Of a stretch of DNA of 62,382 bases, positions 1 to 9,358 are shown one piece after another. Each line of letters starts with the position of its first letter. Position 1 is the first letter of the stretch. The notes beneath the pieces are model-generated. The model saw only the letters and a list, made by a program, of their open reading frames with translations. It searched no databases and had not been told where the DNA came from. Location of the stretch: contig CAUGKA010000001.1 in assembly GCA_959599615.1 (NCBI GenBank), forward strand, positions 1 through 62,382, written 5' to 3'. Both the position numbers and the translations under genes were made by a program. This stretch comes from an uncultured Collinsella sp. (lineage in GTDB: Bacteria > Actinomycetota > Coriobacteriia > Coriobacteriales > Coriobacteriaceae).

Positions 1-175
1 GACTTGCAGCGACGGACCTCGGGACGCTCTTACACCACGTCTGCGCGCGCCACCTGGAGTCGGCTCGAAAAGAGTGATTTTGGGTTGTTTGCTGCGGGTG
101 TGGGCTTGGAAACAACGCTCGGGGTGGCGAGGTACTCAGAATTCGGTCGCAAGGAGGGCGTTCCTCGGCTGTGTC

Positions 176-223
176 AGGAGTGTCCCTGGGTGCCGGCACA
201 TAAGGAACGTCCCTAACTGCCGG
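176..223 (-). repeat. Dispersed GGGAC-core repeat (GGGACGTTCCTT..TGCCGGCA..GGGACACTCCT module)
   Basis: Reverse complement aligns by eye with 35627-35674 and 44651-44704. Confidence 0.75.
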
Positions 224-255
224 AGGGGTGCCTGCCGTGGCGGGCACCCCTCCGG
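220..255. terminator. GC-rich hairpin downstream of acyltransferase gene, probable terminator
   Basis: ccggaggggtgcctgcc / ggcgggcacccctccgg inverted repeat ~23 bp past the stop at 279; no clear U-tract. Confidence 0.5.
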
Positions 256-278
256 ATGTGGGAAGTTTGCGCTGCAGG

Positions 279-2495
279 TTACTTGTCGGTGCCTAGCTTG
301 TGCGGTTTGAAGGCGAGGGCGTTAACGAGCGCGTCGGTGGCAGACTTGACGGCTGCCGGCTGCGGATCGTTGACGTGATCCTCGGGGTGTACGGGCAGGT
401 CCTTCTTGACGGCATCGTGGATCAAGTTGAGGTACTCAGTCACGCCAGTGGTCGATAGATGCGTGCCATCGCCATCGAACAGGTCGTTGCGGTTGGCACT
501 GTATCCGTACCAGTCGATAACGCGCACGTTCTTGTAGCGCGTAGCAGCGTTGGCGATGGCCTGGTTGGTAGAGCCAACCCACGGCTGCGGGCTGCGCGTG
601 TTCACAAACACCACAATACGCTTATCTCCTGCATCGGCCATGATGGCGTCGATCTGGTCGTCGGTTACCAAACCGTTGGTGCCCAGGGCAAAGACCACGA
701 TTTTGCCGGCAAGGTTCTGCTGGATATAGCCCTCAAATGTCGCGCGGCCCGCATCAAACTGGCGGCCCTTTTCGGCATCGATATGGCTGTGCGGGAACAC
801 GCCGTCAAAGGAATCAACGGCGCGCAGCGACACGGAGTCGCCAATCATCAGCAGGTCGTAGGATCCGTCGGGGAAGCCGTCGTTGTCCTTGTCGGTGTCG
901 TCGGCCGCCTGTTGGTCGGCGGGCGCGGTGTTTTTGGCTTCCTTGTTGAGGACTTCGGCGCCCTCACCGCTCAGTGCGGAGGTCTCCGGCACAAAGATCA
1001 GGCCGCCCAGTGCAACGACCAACACGACAGCGCAGGTTGCGCAGACAGGGACGTGCGCGCGTGCCCAGTTGGCGGGCGTGGCGGTGCCGTCGCGGAACTC
1101 GGATACGGTGCGCTCAAAGGCGCCCTTTCTAAACGGCGTTTCGATAAAGCGATATGAGCATTCGGCCACGGCGACCACCAACAACACCTGCAAAATGTAC
1201 TGCCACCACGGCGTATCGTTGATGTTGGCGACCGGGTTCATGAGCAACAGTAGCGGATAGTGCCACAGGTAGATGCTGTACGAGCGCTTGCCAACCCACA
1301 CGAGCGGCTCGGCGGACAGTGCGCGGGCAACCATTCCCTGGGGCTGCACGCAGGCCGCGATGACCATGAGCGTGAGGATGGAGCATAACAGCGTGCCGCC
1401 GCGATACTGGAACGCGGTGTAGCCGTTGGTGAGCGCGACCATGGCGGCAAGGCCAACCAGACCCACGACGCCCAACACATCGATGGATGCAGGTGAGGAC
1501 CAAAAACGCACGAGCGTACTCGGCTGAGTCGGGACGGTCTCGGCTGCGCCGTCGGTCGTAGCGTCATGCTTGCTTTCGGCGTTCTTGCCGTGCTTGGCGG
1601 CGCCAGCCAGGCGATTGCGCCCCAAACGATGAGCGAGACACACCGGCGCCAGGTCGCGATCGGGGATAAAGGCCATCCAGGCGCCCAGCAGCAGCGAGAA
1701 GACGCGGGTGTCGGTGCCGTAGTACACGCGGCTGGGGTCGGCGGCGGGGTTATAGAGCACCATCATGGCGATGGCGGAGACAGCAGCCAGTCCCAGAACC
1801 ATGCGGCGCGTGTTGGGCTTGCTCATGTGCATGGATACCATAGCGAGCAGCAGCGGGGGCCAAACCAGGTAGAACTGTTCCTCGATGGCGAGCGACCAAA
1901 AGTGCGTAAGCGGCGAGGGATCGCCCAGGGCATTGAAGTACGAGACGTTTTGGGCAATCTGCCACCAGTTGTTGAAGAACAGCAGCGACGGCAGGATGTC
2001 AGGGCGCATCTTGGTGAGCATCACGTGGTTAAAGATGGTGCACAGCGCGCAGGTCACGAACACTACCGTTACCACGGCGGGGACCAGGCGACGGATGCGG
2101 CGAATCCAGAAGCTCTTAAGGTCGATACGGCCGGTCTTAGCGACTTCGTTGAGCAGCAAGCGCGTGATCAGATAGCCCGAAAGCACAAAGAAGATCGTGA
2201 CGCCAAGCAGGCCGCCCTGAGCCCACGTGAGGTTGAGGTGATAGAGCACCACCGCGACGACGGCAAGCGTGCGCAGACCGTCGAGCGCAGGGATGTAGCG
2301 GGACTTGGGGCGAGCAGGCGTCTGCTCCGCGGCGGGAGTGTTGGCGCGGCCCGCGTTGTTGGCAGAAGCGTGATGGGGGCTCGCGGTGCGTCGCGGCTCG
2401 TTGGCACGGCGCTCGCCCTTCACGCGTTCGTGCGGCGCCGGCTCGTTGCCCGTGCGGCGTCGACCGCGCGAGCCCGATTGCGAGAATTGTTCCAT
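279..2495 (-). CDS. Acyltransferase-3 + C-terminal SGNH domain protein (OatA-like O-acetyltransferase)
   Basis: YIPALDGLR, GVTIFFVLSGYLIT, HFWSLAIEEQFY, SYSIYLWH motifs, many TM segments; C-terminal GDSV, GTN, DGTH SGNH motifs. Confidence 0.9.
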   Translation of the reverse strand: MEQFSQSGSRGRRRTGNEPAPHERVKGERRANEPRRTASPHHASANNAGRANTPAAEQTPARPKSRYIPALDGLRTLAVVAVVLYHLNLTWAQGGLLGVTIFFVLSGYLITRLLLNEVAKTGRIDLKSFWIRRIRRLVPAVVTVVFVTCALCTIFNHVMLTKMRPDILPSLLFFNNWWQIAQNVSYFNALGDPSPLTHFWSLAIEEQFYLVWPPLLLAMVSMHMSKPNTRRMVLGLAAVSAIAMMVLYNPAADPSRVYYGTDTRVFSLLLGAWMAFIPDRDLAPVCLAHRLGRNRLAGAAKHGKNAESKHDATTDGAAETVPTQPSTLVRFWSSPASIDVLGVVGLVGLAAMVALTNGYTAFQYRGGTLLCSILTLMVIAACVQPQGMVARALSAEPLVWVGKRSYSIYLWHYPLLLLMNPVANINDTPWWQYILQVLLVVAVAECSYRFIETPFRKGAFERTVSEFRDGTATPANWARAHVPVCATCAVVLVVALGGLIFVPETSALSGEGAEVLNKEAKNTAPADQQAADDTDKDNDGFPDGSYDLLMIGDSVSLRAVDSFDGVFPHSHIDAEKGRQFDAGRATFEGYIQQNLAGKIVVFALGTNGLVTDDQIDAIMADAGDKRIVVFVNTRSPQPWVGSTNQAIANAATRYKNVRVIDWYGYSANRNDLFDGDGTHLSTTGVTEYLNLIHDAVKKDLPVHPEDHVNDPQPAAVKSATDALVNALAFKPHKLGTDK

Positions 2496-2682
2496 AAAAC
2501 ATCATCCAATGACGAGAATAATCAGCACGTATTCATTGTAGCTGCCTGCCCCTGTGAATGCTTGCTGCTGGCGCAAGCTCAAGCGCGCGTCCACATCAAA
2601 GTGGACTAAAGTTATAGGGGGTGCGAGAGTGCACAATCGTTGGTCGACGGTGGGCGCAAAGCCTGAAGACGAGGAGGTTTCC

Positions 2683-3678
2683 ATGGCGGATCACAGCATC
2701 GTTGCGGTGTTCGGCAGCATGAACATGGACCTTTCGGTGGCGTGCGAGCGCATGCCGCGCGCGGGCGAGACCGTCGGTGGCAGCGGTTTTATCACCAACG
2801 CCGGCGGTAAGGGAGCCAATCAGGCCGTTGCCGCTGCGCGCATGGGTGCGCGCACGTGCATGATTGGCGCTGTTGGGCGCGATACCTTTGGCGATGCGCT
2901 TGTGGCAGGGCTCCAGGATGCCGGCGTGGGCGTTGAGTTTGTGGCGCGTCGCGATGACGTGGAGACCGGTACCGCGACTATCATTCGCTGTGAGAGCGAC
3001 AACCGCATCGTGCTGTCGCCGGGCGCCAACCATGCGCTTGCGGGCGAGGACGTTGCCCGCGCACTGAGGCGCTTGGTGGCCGACGAGCTCGACGGCGATG
3101 CCAGCGAGATTGCCCCGGCTGCCGGAAGCGTCTTTATTGCCCAGGGCGAATGTGACCTTGCAGCAACGGCCGCGGCGCTTTCTTGCGCTCACGAGCTGGG
3201 GTTCTATACGATCTTTAACCCGGCGCCCGCCTGCGACCTGCCGGCAGGAGCGTGGCCTGCGGTCGACCTGGTCTGCCCCAACGAGACCGAGTGCCAGGTG
3301 CTGACGGGCATTCTGCCCACAGATGATGCGAGCTGCGTCGCCGCGCTCAATGCGCTGCTCGATAAGGGCGCCGGGGCTGCGGTCATCACGCTGGGCGGCG
3401 CCGGCTCGGTTACGCTCGGCGATGGCGGTGAGCCGCTGCGCATGCCGGCGCTTTCGAGCGTGGTGGTCGATACGACGGCCGCGGGCGATACATTTATTGG
3501 CGCGCTTGCTGCAGCTCGTCTGGAGGGCCTGCCGCTCTTTGAGTGCATGGCGGCGGGCGCTCGCGCCTCGGCGGTGACGGTGTCGCGCCTGGGCGCTCAG
3601 CAATCAATTCCCACGCGTACGGAAGTCGAGCACAAGTTTGGTTTAGACGGTTTGGATGTAGACGGAGAAGCGGAGTAG
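2683..3678 (+). CDS. rbsK: Ribokinase (PfkB family)
   Basis: [35 protein letters not shown] motifs; ATG 2683 preceded by GAGGAGG. Confidence 0.85.
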   Translation: MADHSIVAVFGSMNMDLSVACERMPRAGETVGGSGFITNAGGKGANQAVAAARMGARTCMIGAVGRDTFGDALVAGLQDAGVGVEFVARRDDVETGTATIIRCESDNRIVLSPGANHALAGEDVARALRRLVADELDGDASEIAPAAGSVFIAQGECDLAATAAALSCAHELGFYTIFNPAPACDLPAGAWPAVDLVCPNETECQVLTGILPTDDASCVAALNALLDKGAGAAVITLGGAGSVTLGDGGEPLRMPALSSVVVDTTAAGDTFIGALAAARLEGLPLFECMAAGARASAVTVSRLGAQQSIPTRTEVEHKFGLDGLDVDGEAE

Positions 3679-3682
3679 AACA

Positions 3683-4657
3683 ATGGCAACCAAGAAGCTG
3701 ATCCTTGATCTGGATATGGGTGTGGATGATGCGATGGCGCTCGCCTATGCCATCGCAAGCCCCGAGGTGGAGCTCGTCGGCATCACCACGTGCTTTGGCA
3801 ACGTGCGCGTCGAGCAGTCGGCGCACAACTGCTTGGCGGTGCTCGACCTGTTGGGTCGTCCCGAGGTGCCGGTGTACCTGGGCGCCGATCGTCCCATGAA
3901 GGCGACCGAACCCTACACGCCGCCGGCGTCCACCACGCTTATCCACGGCAAGAACGGTATTGGCGGCGCAAGCGTGCCCGCTTCGCCGTACGAGCCGGTG
4001 GGCGCGACGTCGGCCGATGGCAATGCGGCGGTCGATTACCTGATTGATGCCGCGCGTACCTATGGCCCCGATTTGATCTACGTGGCGACCGGCCCGCTCT
4101 CCAATCTGTCGCTCGCCCTGGAGCGTGATGCGGCGGCGATGATGTCTATCGGTCGCGTGGTCGTGATGGGCGGTGCGCTTACCGTGCCCGGCAACGTGAG
4201 CGCGGGCGCCGAGGCCAACATGGCGGGCGACCCCGAGGCTGCCGACGCCGTGTTGCGCTCGGGCCGCAAGCTCACCATGGTGGGCTTGGATGTGACGCAC
4301 CGCGTGGTGCTCACACGTCGCGACGTTGCCGGCTGGACGGGCTCGGGCACTATGGCTGGCTGCGCGTTTGCGAGCATGGTCGAGCACTATATCGGTTCGT
4401 ACGAAATGAACGCGCCCTACCTGGGCGGCTGCGCGCTGCACGATCCGCTGGCGGTTGCCGTGGCGATTGATCCCACGCTCGTGGGTGCGCTCGGCTGTAA
4501 CCTGCGTGTTGACTTGCTGGGTGAGTATCGCGGCCGCACTATCTGTGATGAGCACCGTCTGTCCGATCCGGATAAGAGCGCGCTCGTGGCGCTCACCGTG
4601 GACGCCCCACGTTTCCTCGCGGAGTTTAAGGCACGCATGGCTCGCATCCTTGGCTAA
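3683..4657 (+). CDS. Inosine-uridine preferring nucleoside hydrolase family protein
   Basis: DLDMGVDD Ca-binding motif, HGKNG, TGPLSN, AEAN, GLDVT, LHDP; 4 bp after ribokinase. Confidence 0.9.
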   Translation: MATKKLILDLDMGVDDAMALAYAIASPEVELVGITTCFGNVRVEQSAHNCLAVLDLLGRPEVPVYLGADRPMKATEPYTPPASTTLIHGKNGIGGASVPASPYEPVGATSADGNAAVDYLIDAARTYGPDLIYVATGPLSNLSLALERDAAAMMSIGRVVVMGGALTVPGNVSAGAEANMAGDPEAADAVLRSGRKLTMVGLDVTHRVVLTRRDVAGWTGSGTMAGCAFASMVEHYIGSYEMNAPYLGGCALHDPLAVAVAIDPTLVGALGCNLRVDLLGEYRGRTICDEHRLSDPDKSALVALTVDAPRFLAEFKARMARILG

Positions 4658-4860
4658 ACGGTTTCTGTGCCCCGATCCAGATTAGCTACCGAGTAAATAC
4701 GCCCGTTGGGGGAATAGTCGCGTCGCTTCGCTTGACAACAGGCTAAACTAGCTATTAAACATTTACTATTCTGTTTAGATTGAATTTGCGGTCGTTTAGT
4801 TGTCGAGTCACGGGGCGGTCAGGCCACGATGCTCCGCCACGACCGTTGCTAGGGGGAACA

Positions 4861-5871
4861 ATGGCCAAAGCAAGTGTTCGCGAGATCAGCCGCATCACCG
4901 GTTTTTCGCCCGCAACCGTGTCCAACGCGCTCAACCGCAAGCGCAGCGTGAGCGAGGAGACCGCCAAAGTCATCCTGGAGTGCGCGCAGTCGCTCGGCTA
5001 TCAGCAGTCGACGCAGCTCGAGAGCATCCAGTTTGTGCTCGCGCGCAAGACGGGCGCCATCCTGGACGAGAGCACCTTCCACCCCGCGGTCATCGAGGGC
5101 GTGGAGCGCCAGGCGCGTCGCCACGGCATGAGCACGAGCTTTGTCTCGCTCGACTTTAGCGACCTAGACGCCGTGCGTCCGCAGGTCGAGGGCCTGATTG
5201 CCGATCCGGCCGCCGCTATTGTACTAATGGGTACGGAGTTGGGCGAGGAGGACTACGCCCTGTTCGCTAACGCCGCCGCCCACCTGATTGTGCTCGATGG
5301 CTGGAGCGACCGCCAGTACTTTGATGCCGTGGTCATTGCCAATACCGATTCGGTGCTGCGTGCCGTGGACTACCTTATCGAGAAAGGTCACAAGCAAATC
5401 GGCTATCTGGCGGGCGACCTTCGTATCCGCAACTTTAAGGACCGCGAGCGCGGCTATCGCCAAGCGCTTGAGGATGCGGACCTCGAGGCCAATCCGGCAT
5501 GGCGCGTCACGCTGGGCACCACGCTCGAGGGCGCTTATCGCGACATGGGCGCGTGGCTCGACAATGCCTCGCACGACGACCTGCCGACGGCTTTCTTTGC
5601 CGAGAACGACGTGCTCGCCGTGGGTGCCATGCGCGCGTTCAACGAGCACGGCATTCGCGTGCCCGAGGATGTCTCGATCATCGGCTTTGACGACCTATCT
5701 CTGGGCGCTTTTTCCAACCCGCCGCTCACCACGGTGCATGTTCCCAAGCACGAGGTGGGTGAGATCGCGGTGCGCCGCCTGGTGGGCAACATCCGCAATC
5801 CCAAGAGCTATACCTGCAAAACGGCTGTGTCGACCTATTTTGTCGAGCGCCAGAGCGTGCGCGAAATCTAG
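4861..5871 (+). CDS. LacI-family transcriptional regulator
   Basis: HTH SVREISRITGFSPATVSNALN; GIRVPEDVSIIGFDD, PPLTTV; GGGGG RBS before ATG 4861. Confidence 0.92.
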   Translation: MAKASVREISRITGFSPATVSNALNRKRSVSEETAKVILECAQSLGYQQSTQLESIQFVLARKTGAILDESTFHPAVIEGVERQARRHGMSTSFVSLDFSDLDAVRPQVEGLIADPAAAIVLMGTELGEEDYALFANAAAHLIVLDGWSDRQYFDAVVIANTDSVLRAVDYLIEKGHKQIGYLAGDLRIRNFKDRERGYRQALEDADLEANPAWRVTLGTTLEGAYRDMGAWLDNASHDDLPTAFFAENDVLAVGAMRAFNEHGIRVPEDVSIIGFDDLSLGAFSNPPLTTVHVPKHEVGEIAVRRLVGNIRNPKSYTCKTAVSTYFVERQSVREI

Positions 5872-5932
5872 GCGGAGACGGCATCGCCTGCAGCGTGCCA
5901 AAGCTCGCTAGGGCAGTAAACATAGCGCTATT

Positions 5933-5963
5933 CAAAAGAGGGTCCTTCGGGGTCCTCTTTTTG
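5933..5963 (+). terminator. Intrinsic terminator
   Basis: aaaagagggtcc-TTCG-gggtcctcttttt hairpin with cUUCGg loop and U-tract. Confidence 0.8.
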
Positions 5964-5984
5964 TTTCCCTTGTATGTTCAGATT

Positions 5985-6110
5985 GTTTACATACCGTTTA
6001 GGCTGATTTCTCTACCGTCTACGGGTATTTCGCGCTAAACTTCTAAACAGAAGAGTAAAACATTTAGTAAACAGAACAAAACGAAACATGCGTCTGTTTA
6101 CTGAACATGT
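5985..6110. promoter_or_regulatory. Promoter region with clustered TAAAC/GTTTA operator-like half-sites
   Basis: Multiple TAAAC/GTTTA words in an AT-rich patch; 10-12-mers shared with 26150-26490. Confidence 0.55.
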
Positions 6111-6128
6111 GACTAGGGGAGGACGTAC

Positions 6129-7529
6129 ATGGATAAGATCAAGCTCGGTTTTGTGCCCACGCGCCGTAGCATCTTTAGCGCGCCGGACGCGATCAAGTAT
6201 CGCGGCCTTACGGCTGATCGCCTGCGCGAGATCGGCGTCGAGATTGTGGATATCGACGACATCAACGACGAGGGCCTGCTGTTCGACGACAGCCATATCG
6301 CGCCTATCGTCGAGAAGTTCCGCGCCGAGGGCGTCGACGGCATCATGCTCTGCCACGCCAACTTTGGCACCGAGTACGTTTGCGCTCGCCTTGCCCGCGA
6401 GCTCGGCTTGCCCGTGCTGCTGTGGGGCCCGCGCGATGAGCGCCCCGAGCCTGACGGCACCCGCCTGCGTGACAGCCAGTGCGGCCTGTTCGCCACCGGC
6501 AAGGTCCTGCGTCGCTTCCAGGTCCCCTTCACCTATATGACCAACTGCCGCCTGACCGATCCCGAGTTCGAGCGCGGCGTCTGGGACTTCCTCGCCGTGT
6601 GCAACGTGGTCAAGACCTTCAAGCACACCCGCATCCTGCAGATGGCCACCCGTCCGTTCGATTTCTGGTCCACCATGTGCAACGAGGGCGAGCTGCTCGA
6701 GAAGTTCAACATTCAGCTTTCGCCCATCCCCATGACCGAGCTTGTCCAGGCCGTGCGCGACGCCCAGGCTGACGAGCAGGCCATGGCAGCCATGCTCGCC
6801 CACATTGCCGACAGCTTTGAGATCTGCATCCCCGAGGATAAGGTCCCCGCTGTGGCCGGTCTTGCCATTGCCATGAAGCGCTTGGTCGAGAAGTACGGCT
6901 GCAACGCCGGCGCCATCCAGTGCTGGAACGCCCTGCAGGACGAGTTGGGCATTATGCCCTGCGCCGCCAACGCAATCCTCAACGAGATGGGCATCCCCAT
7001 CGTCTGCGAGACCGACATCCATGGCGCTATCACCGCGCTGATGGTCGAGGCCGCCGACCTGGGCCGTCACCGCGGCATGTTCGCCGACTGGACCGTGCGT
7101 CATCCCGATAACGAGAACGGCGAGCTGCTGCAGCACTGCGGCCCCTGGCCCTGCAGCTGCGCGGCCGTCAAGCCCAAGCTCACTTACCCGCTGGCTTTCG
7201 ATCACCCCGGCGCGCTGACGGCCGAGGCCAAGCACGGCGACCTCACCCTTGCCCGCTTTGACGGCGACAACGGCGAGTACTCGCTGCTGCTGGGTAACGC
7301 CCGCGGCATCGACGGCCCGGCCGGCATGGGCACCTACCTGTGGGTCGAGGTCGACAACCTCAAGCGCCTCGAGGCCAAGATCGTCGAGGGTCCCTACATC
7401 CACCACTGCGTCGCCATTCACGCCAACGTGGTGCCGGTGCTCTACGAGGCGTGCAAGTACATCGGCATTGTCCCCGACCTGTACGACCCCATCGAAGAAG
7501 ACGTCAAAGCTTACCTGCGAGGAGAGTAG
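6129..7529 (+). CDS. L-fucose/L-arabinose isomerase family protein
   Basis: NFGTE, RDSQCG, AIQCW, CETDIHG, HCGP, GPYIHH pattern typical of FucI/AraA-like isomerases. Confidence 0.85.
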   Translation: MDKIKLGFVPTRRSIFSAPDAIKYRGLTADRLREIGVEIVDIDDINDEGLLFDDSHIAPIVEKFRAEGVDGIMLCHANFGTEYVCARLARELGLPVLLWGPRDERPEPDGTRLRDSQCGLFATGKVLRRFQVPFTYMTNCRLTDPEFERGVWDFLAVCNVVKTFKHTRILQMATRPFDFWSTMCNEGELLEKFNIQLSPIPMTELVQAVRDAQADEQAMAAMLAHIADSFEICIPEDKVPAVAGLAIAMKRLVEKYGCNAGAIQCWNALQDELGIMPCAANAILNEMGIPIVCETDIHGAITALMVEAADLGRHRGMFADWTVRHPDNENGELLQHCGPWPCSCAAVKPKLTYPLAFDHPGALTAEAKHGDLTLARFDGDNGEYSLLLGNARGIDGPAGMGTYLWVEVDNLKRLEAKIVEGPYIHHCVAIHANVVPVLYEACKYIGIVPDLYDPIEEDVKAYLRGE

Positions 7530-7531
7530 AA

Positions 7532-8368
7532 ATGGCAACTATCGAAGAGCTTGAATCCCTGCGTTGGGACCTTCGCCGCGATTGCGTCGATATCATCATG
7601 GCTGGCGCCGGCGGCCACATCGGCGGCGACATGTCGGTGATCGACGCCCTCATGACCCTCTACGCCAACCATCTCAACATTTCGCCCGAGACCGTCGACG
7701 ATCCCAACCGCGATCGCTTCGTGCTCTCCAAGGGCCACGCAATGGAGGCCTACTATGCGGTGCTCTGCCACGAGGGCTATCTGGACCTCGATGACGTCAA
7801 GGCCCGCTTCTCCAAGTTCGGCAGCCCCTACATCGGTCACCCCAACAACAAGCTCAAGGGCATCGAGATGAACTCGGGCTCGCTGGGTCATGGCCTGCCC
7901 GTGGCCGTCGGGATGGCGCTTGCCGGCAAGATGGACGGCCGCGACTACCGCGTCTACACCATCATGGGCGACGGCGAGCTTGCCGAGGGCTCGGTCTGGG
8001 AGGGCGCCATGAGCGGCGGCAACTACCAGCTCGATAACCTGTGCGCGCTCGTGGACCGCAACCGCCTGCAGATCAGCGGTAGCACCGAGGACGTCATGAA
8101 GCAGGATTCGCAGGAGGAGCGCTGGGCCGCCTTCGGTTGGAACGTGCTCTCCATTCCGGGCAACGACATTCAGGCCATCGACGCCGCGCTGACGCTTGCG
8201 GCCGAGACCAAGGGAAAGCCCACGGTTATCATCCTCAACACGGTGAAGGGCTATGGCTCGTCTGTTATGGAGGACAAGGCCGCCTGGCACCATCACCTTC
8301 CCAACGACGAGGAATATGCCCAGATCATCGCCGATTTCGCTGCCCATAAGGAGGCCATCAATGGCTAA
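7532..8368 (+). CDS. Transketolase, N-terminal (TPP-binding) subunit
   Basis: GHIGG, RDRFVLSKGH, SGSLGHG, GDGELAEG..N TPP motif, TVKG. Confidence 0.93.
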   Translation: MATIEELESLRWDLRRDCVDIIMAGAGGHIGGDMSVIDALMTLYANHLNISPETVDDPNRDRFVLSKGHAMEAYYAVLCHEGYLDLDDVKARFSKFGSPYIGHPNNKLKGIEMNSGSLGHGLPVAVGMALAGKMDGRDYRVYTIMGDGELAEGSVWEGAMSGGNYQLDNLCALVDRNRLQISGSTEDVMKQDSQEERWAAFGWNVLSIPGNDIQAIDAALTLAAETKGKPTVIILNTVKGYGSSVMEDKAAWHHHLPNDEEYAQIIADFAAHKEAING

Positions 8369-9302
8369 CAAGATCGCCAACCGCAAGGTTATCTGCGACA
8401 CGCTGCTCGAGGCCGCCCAGACCGATAAGGACATCGTCGTCCTGTGCTCCGACTCCCGCGGCTCCGCATCGCTCACGCCGTTCTTCGATCAGTATCCCCA
8501 GCAGTCCGTCGAGGTCGGCATCGCCGAGCAGGACCTGGTGAGCATCGCCGCCGGCATGGCTTCGTGCGGCAAGAAGGCCTGGGCCGCCTCGCCGGCGTCC
8601 TTTGTGACCACGCGCTCGTATGAGCAGTGCAAGGTCGATGTTTCGTACTCCAATACCAACGTCAAGCTCATCGGAATTTCGGGTGGCGTGTCCTACGGTG
8701 CCCTGGGCATGAGCCATCACTCCGCGCAGGATATCGCTGCCATGAGCGCGATTCCCAACATGCGCGTGTATCTGCCGAGCGATCGCTTCCAGACCGCCGA
8801 GCTCGTGCGCGCCCTGGTTGCCGACAACAAGCCGGCCTACATCCGCGTGGGCCGCAACCCGGTCGAGGACGTGTACACCGAGGACGAGTGCCCGTTTCAG
8901 ATGGACCGCGCCACCTGGGTGCGTCGCGGCACCGATGTGACGATTGTCGCCACCGGCGAGATGGTCCGCCATGCCGTGGACGCCGCCGATCTGCTGGCCG
9001 AGCAGGGCATCTCGGCAACGGTGCTCGACATGTACTGCGTCAAGCCGCTCGATACCGAGGCCGTGATCGAGGCCGCCGGGGCTACGCGCTCTGTCGTGAC
9101 CGTCGAGGAGCACAGCCCCTTCGGCGGCCTGGGTTCCATGGTCGCGCAGGTCGTGGGCGAGCATTGCCCGCGTCCGGTCAAGTGCCTGAGCCTGCCCGAC
9201 GCGCCGGTCATCACCGGCACGAGCCCCGAGGTCTTTGCGCACTACGGCCTGACGGGCGAGGGAATCGCCAAGACGGTCGCCGAGTTCCTGCCCGCAGAGT
9301 AA
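8361..9302 (+). CDS. Transketolase, C-terminal subunit
   Basis: EVGIAEQ, RSYEQ, SHHS, YIRVGR, VTVEEH..GGLG; overlaps N subunit by 8 bp. Confidence 0.93.
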   Translation: MANKIANRKVICDTLLEAAQTDKDIVVLCSDSRGSASLTPFFDQYPQQSVEVGIAEQDLVSIAAGMASCGKKAWAASPASFVTTRSYEQCKVDVSYSNTNVKLIGISGGVSYGALGMSHHSAQDIAAMSAIPNMRVYLPSDRFQTAELVRALVADNKPAYIRVGRNPVEDVYTEDECPFQMDRATWVRRGTDVTIVATGEMVRHAVDAADLLAEQGISATVLDMYCVKPLDTEAVIEAAGATRSVVTVEEHSPFGGLGSMVAQVVGEHCPRPVKCLSLPDAPVITGTSPEVFAHYGLTGEGIAKTVAEFLPAE

Positions 9303-9305
9303 CTG

Positions 9306-9340
9306 GAATGTGACAAAGGGACAGTCCCTTTGTCACATTC
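9306..9340. repeat. Perfect 17-bp-arm palindrome with GGGAC core (REP-like)
   Basis: gaatgtgacaaagggac-a-gtccctttgtcacattc; related to 12440-12492 and 34418-34454. Confidence 0.8.
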
Positions 9341-9358
9341 GTTTTGAAAGGGGTGGCC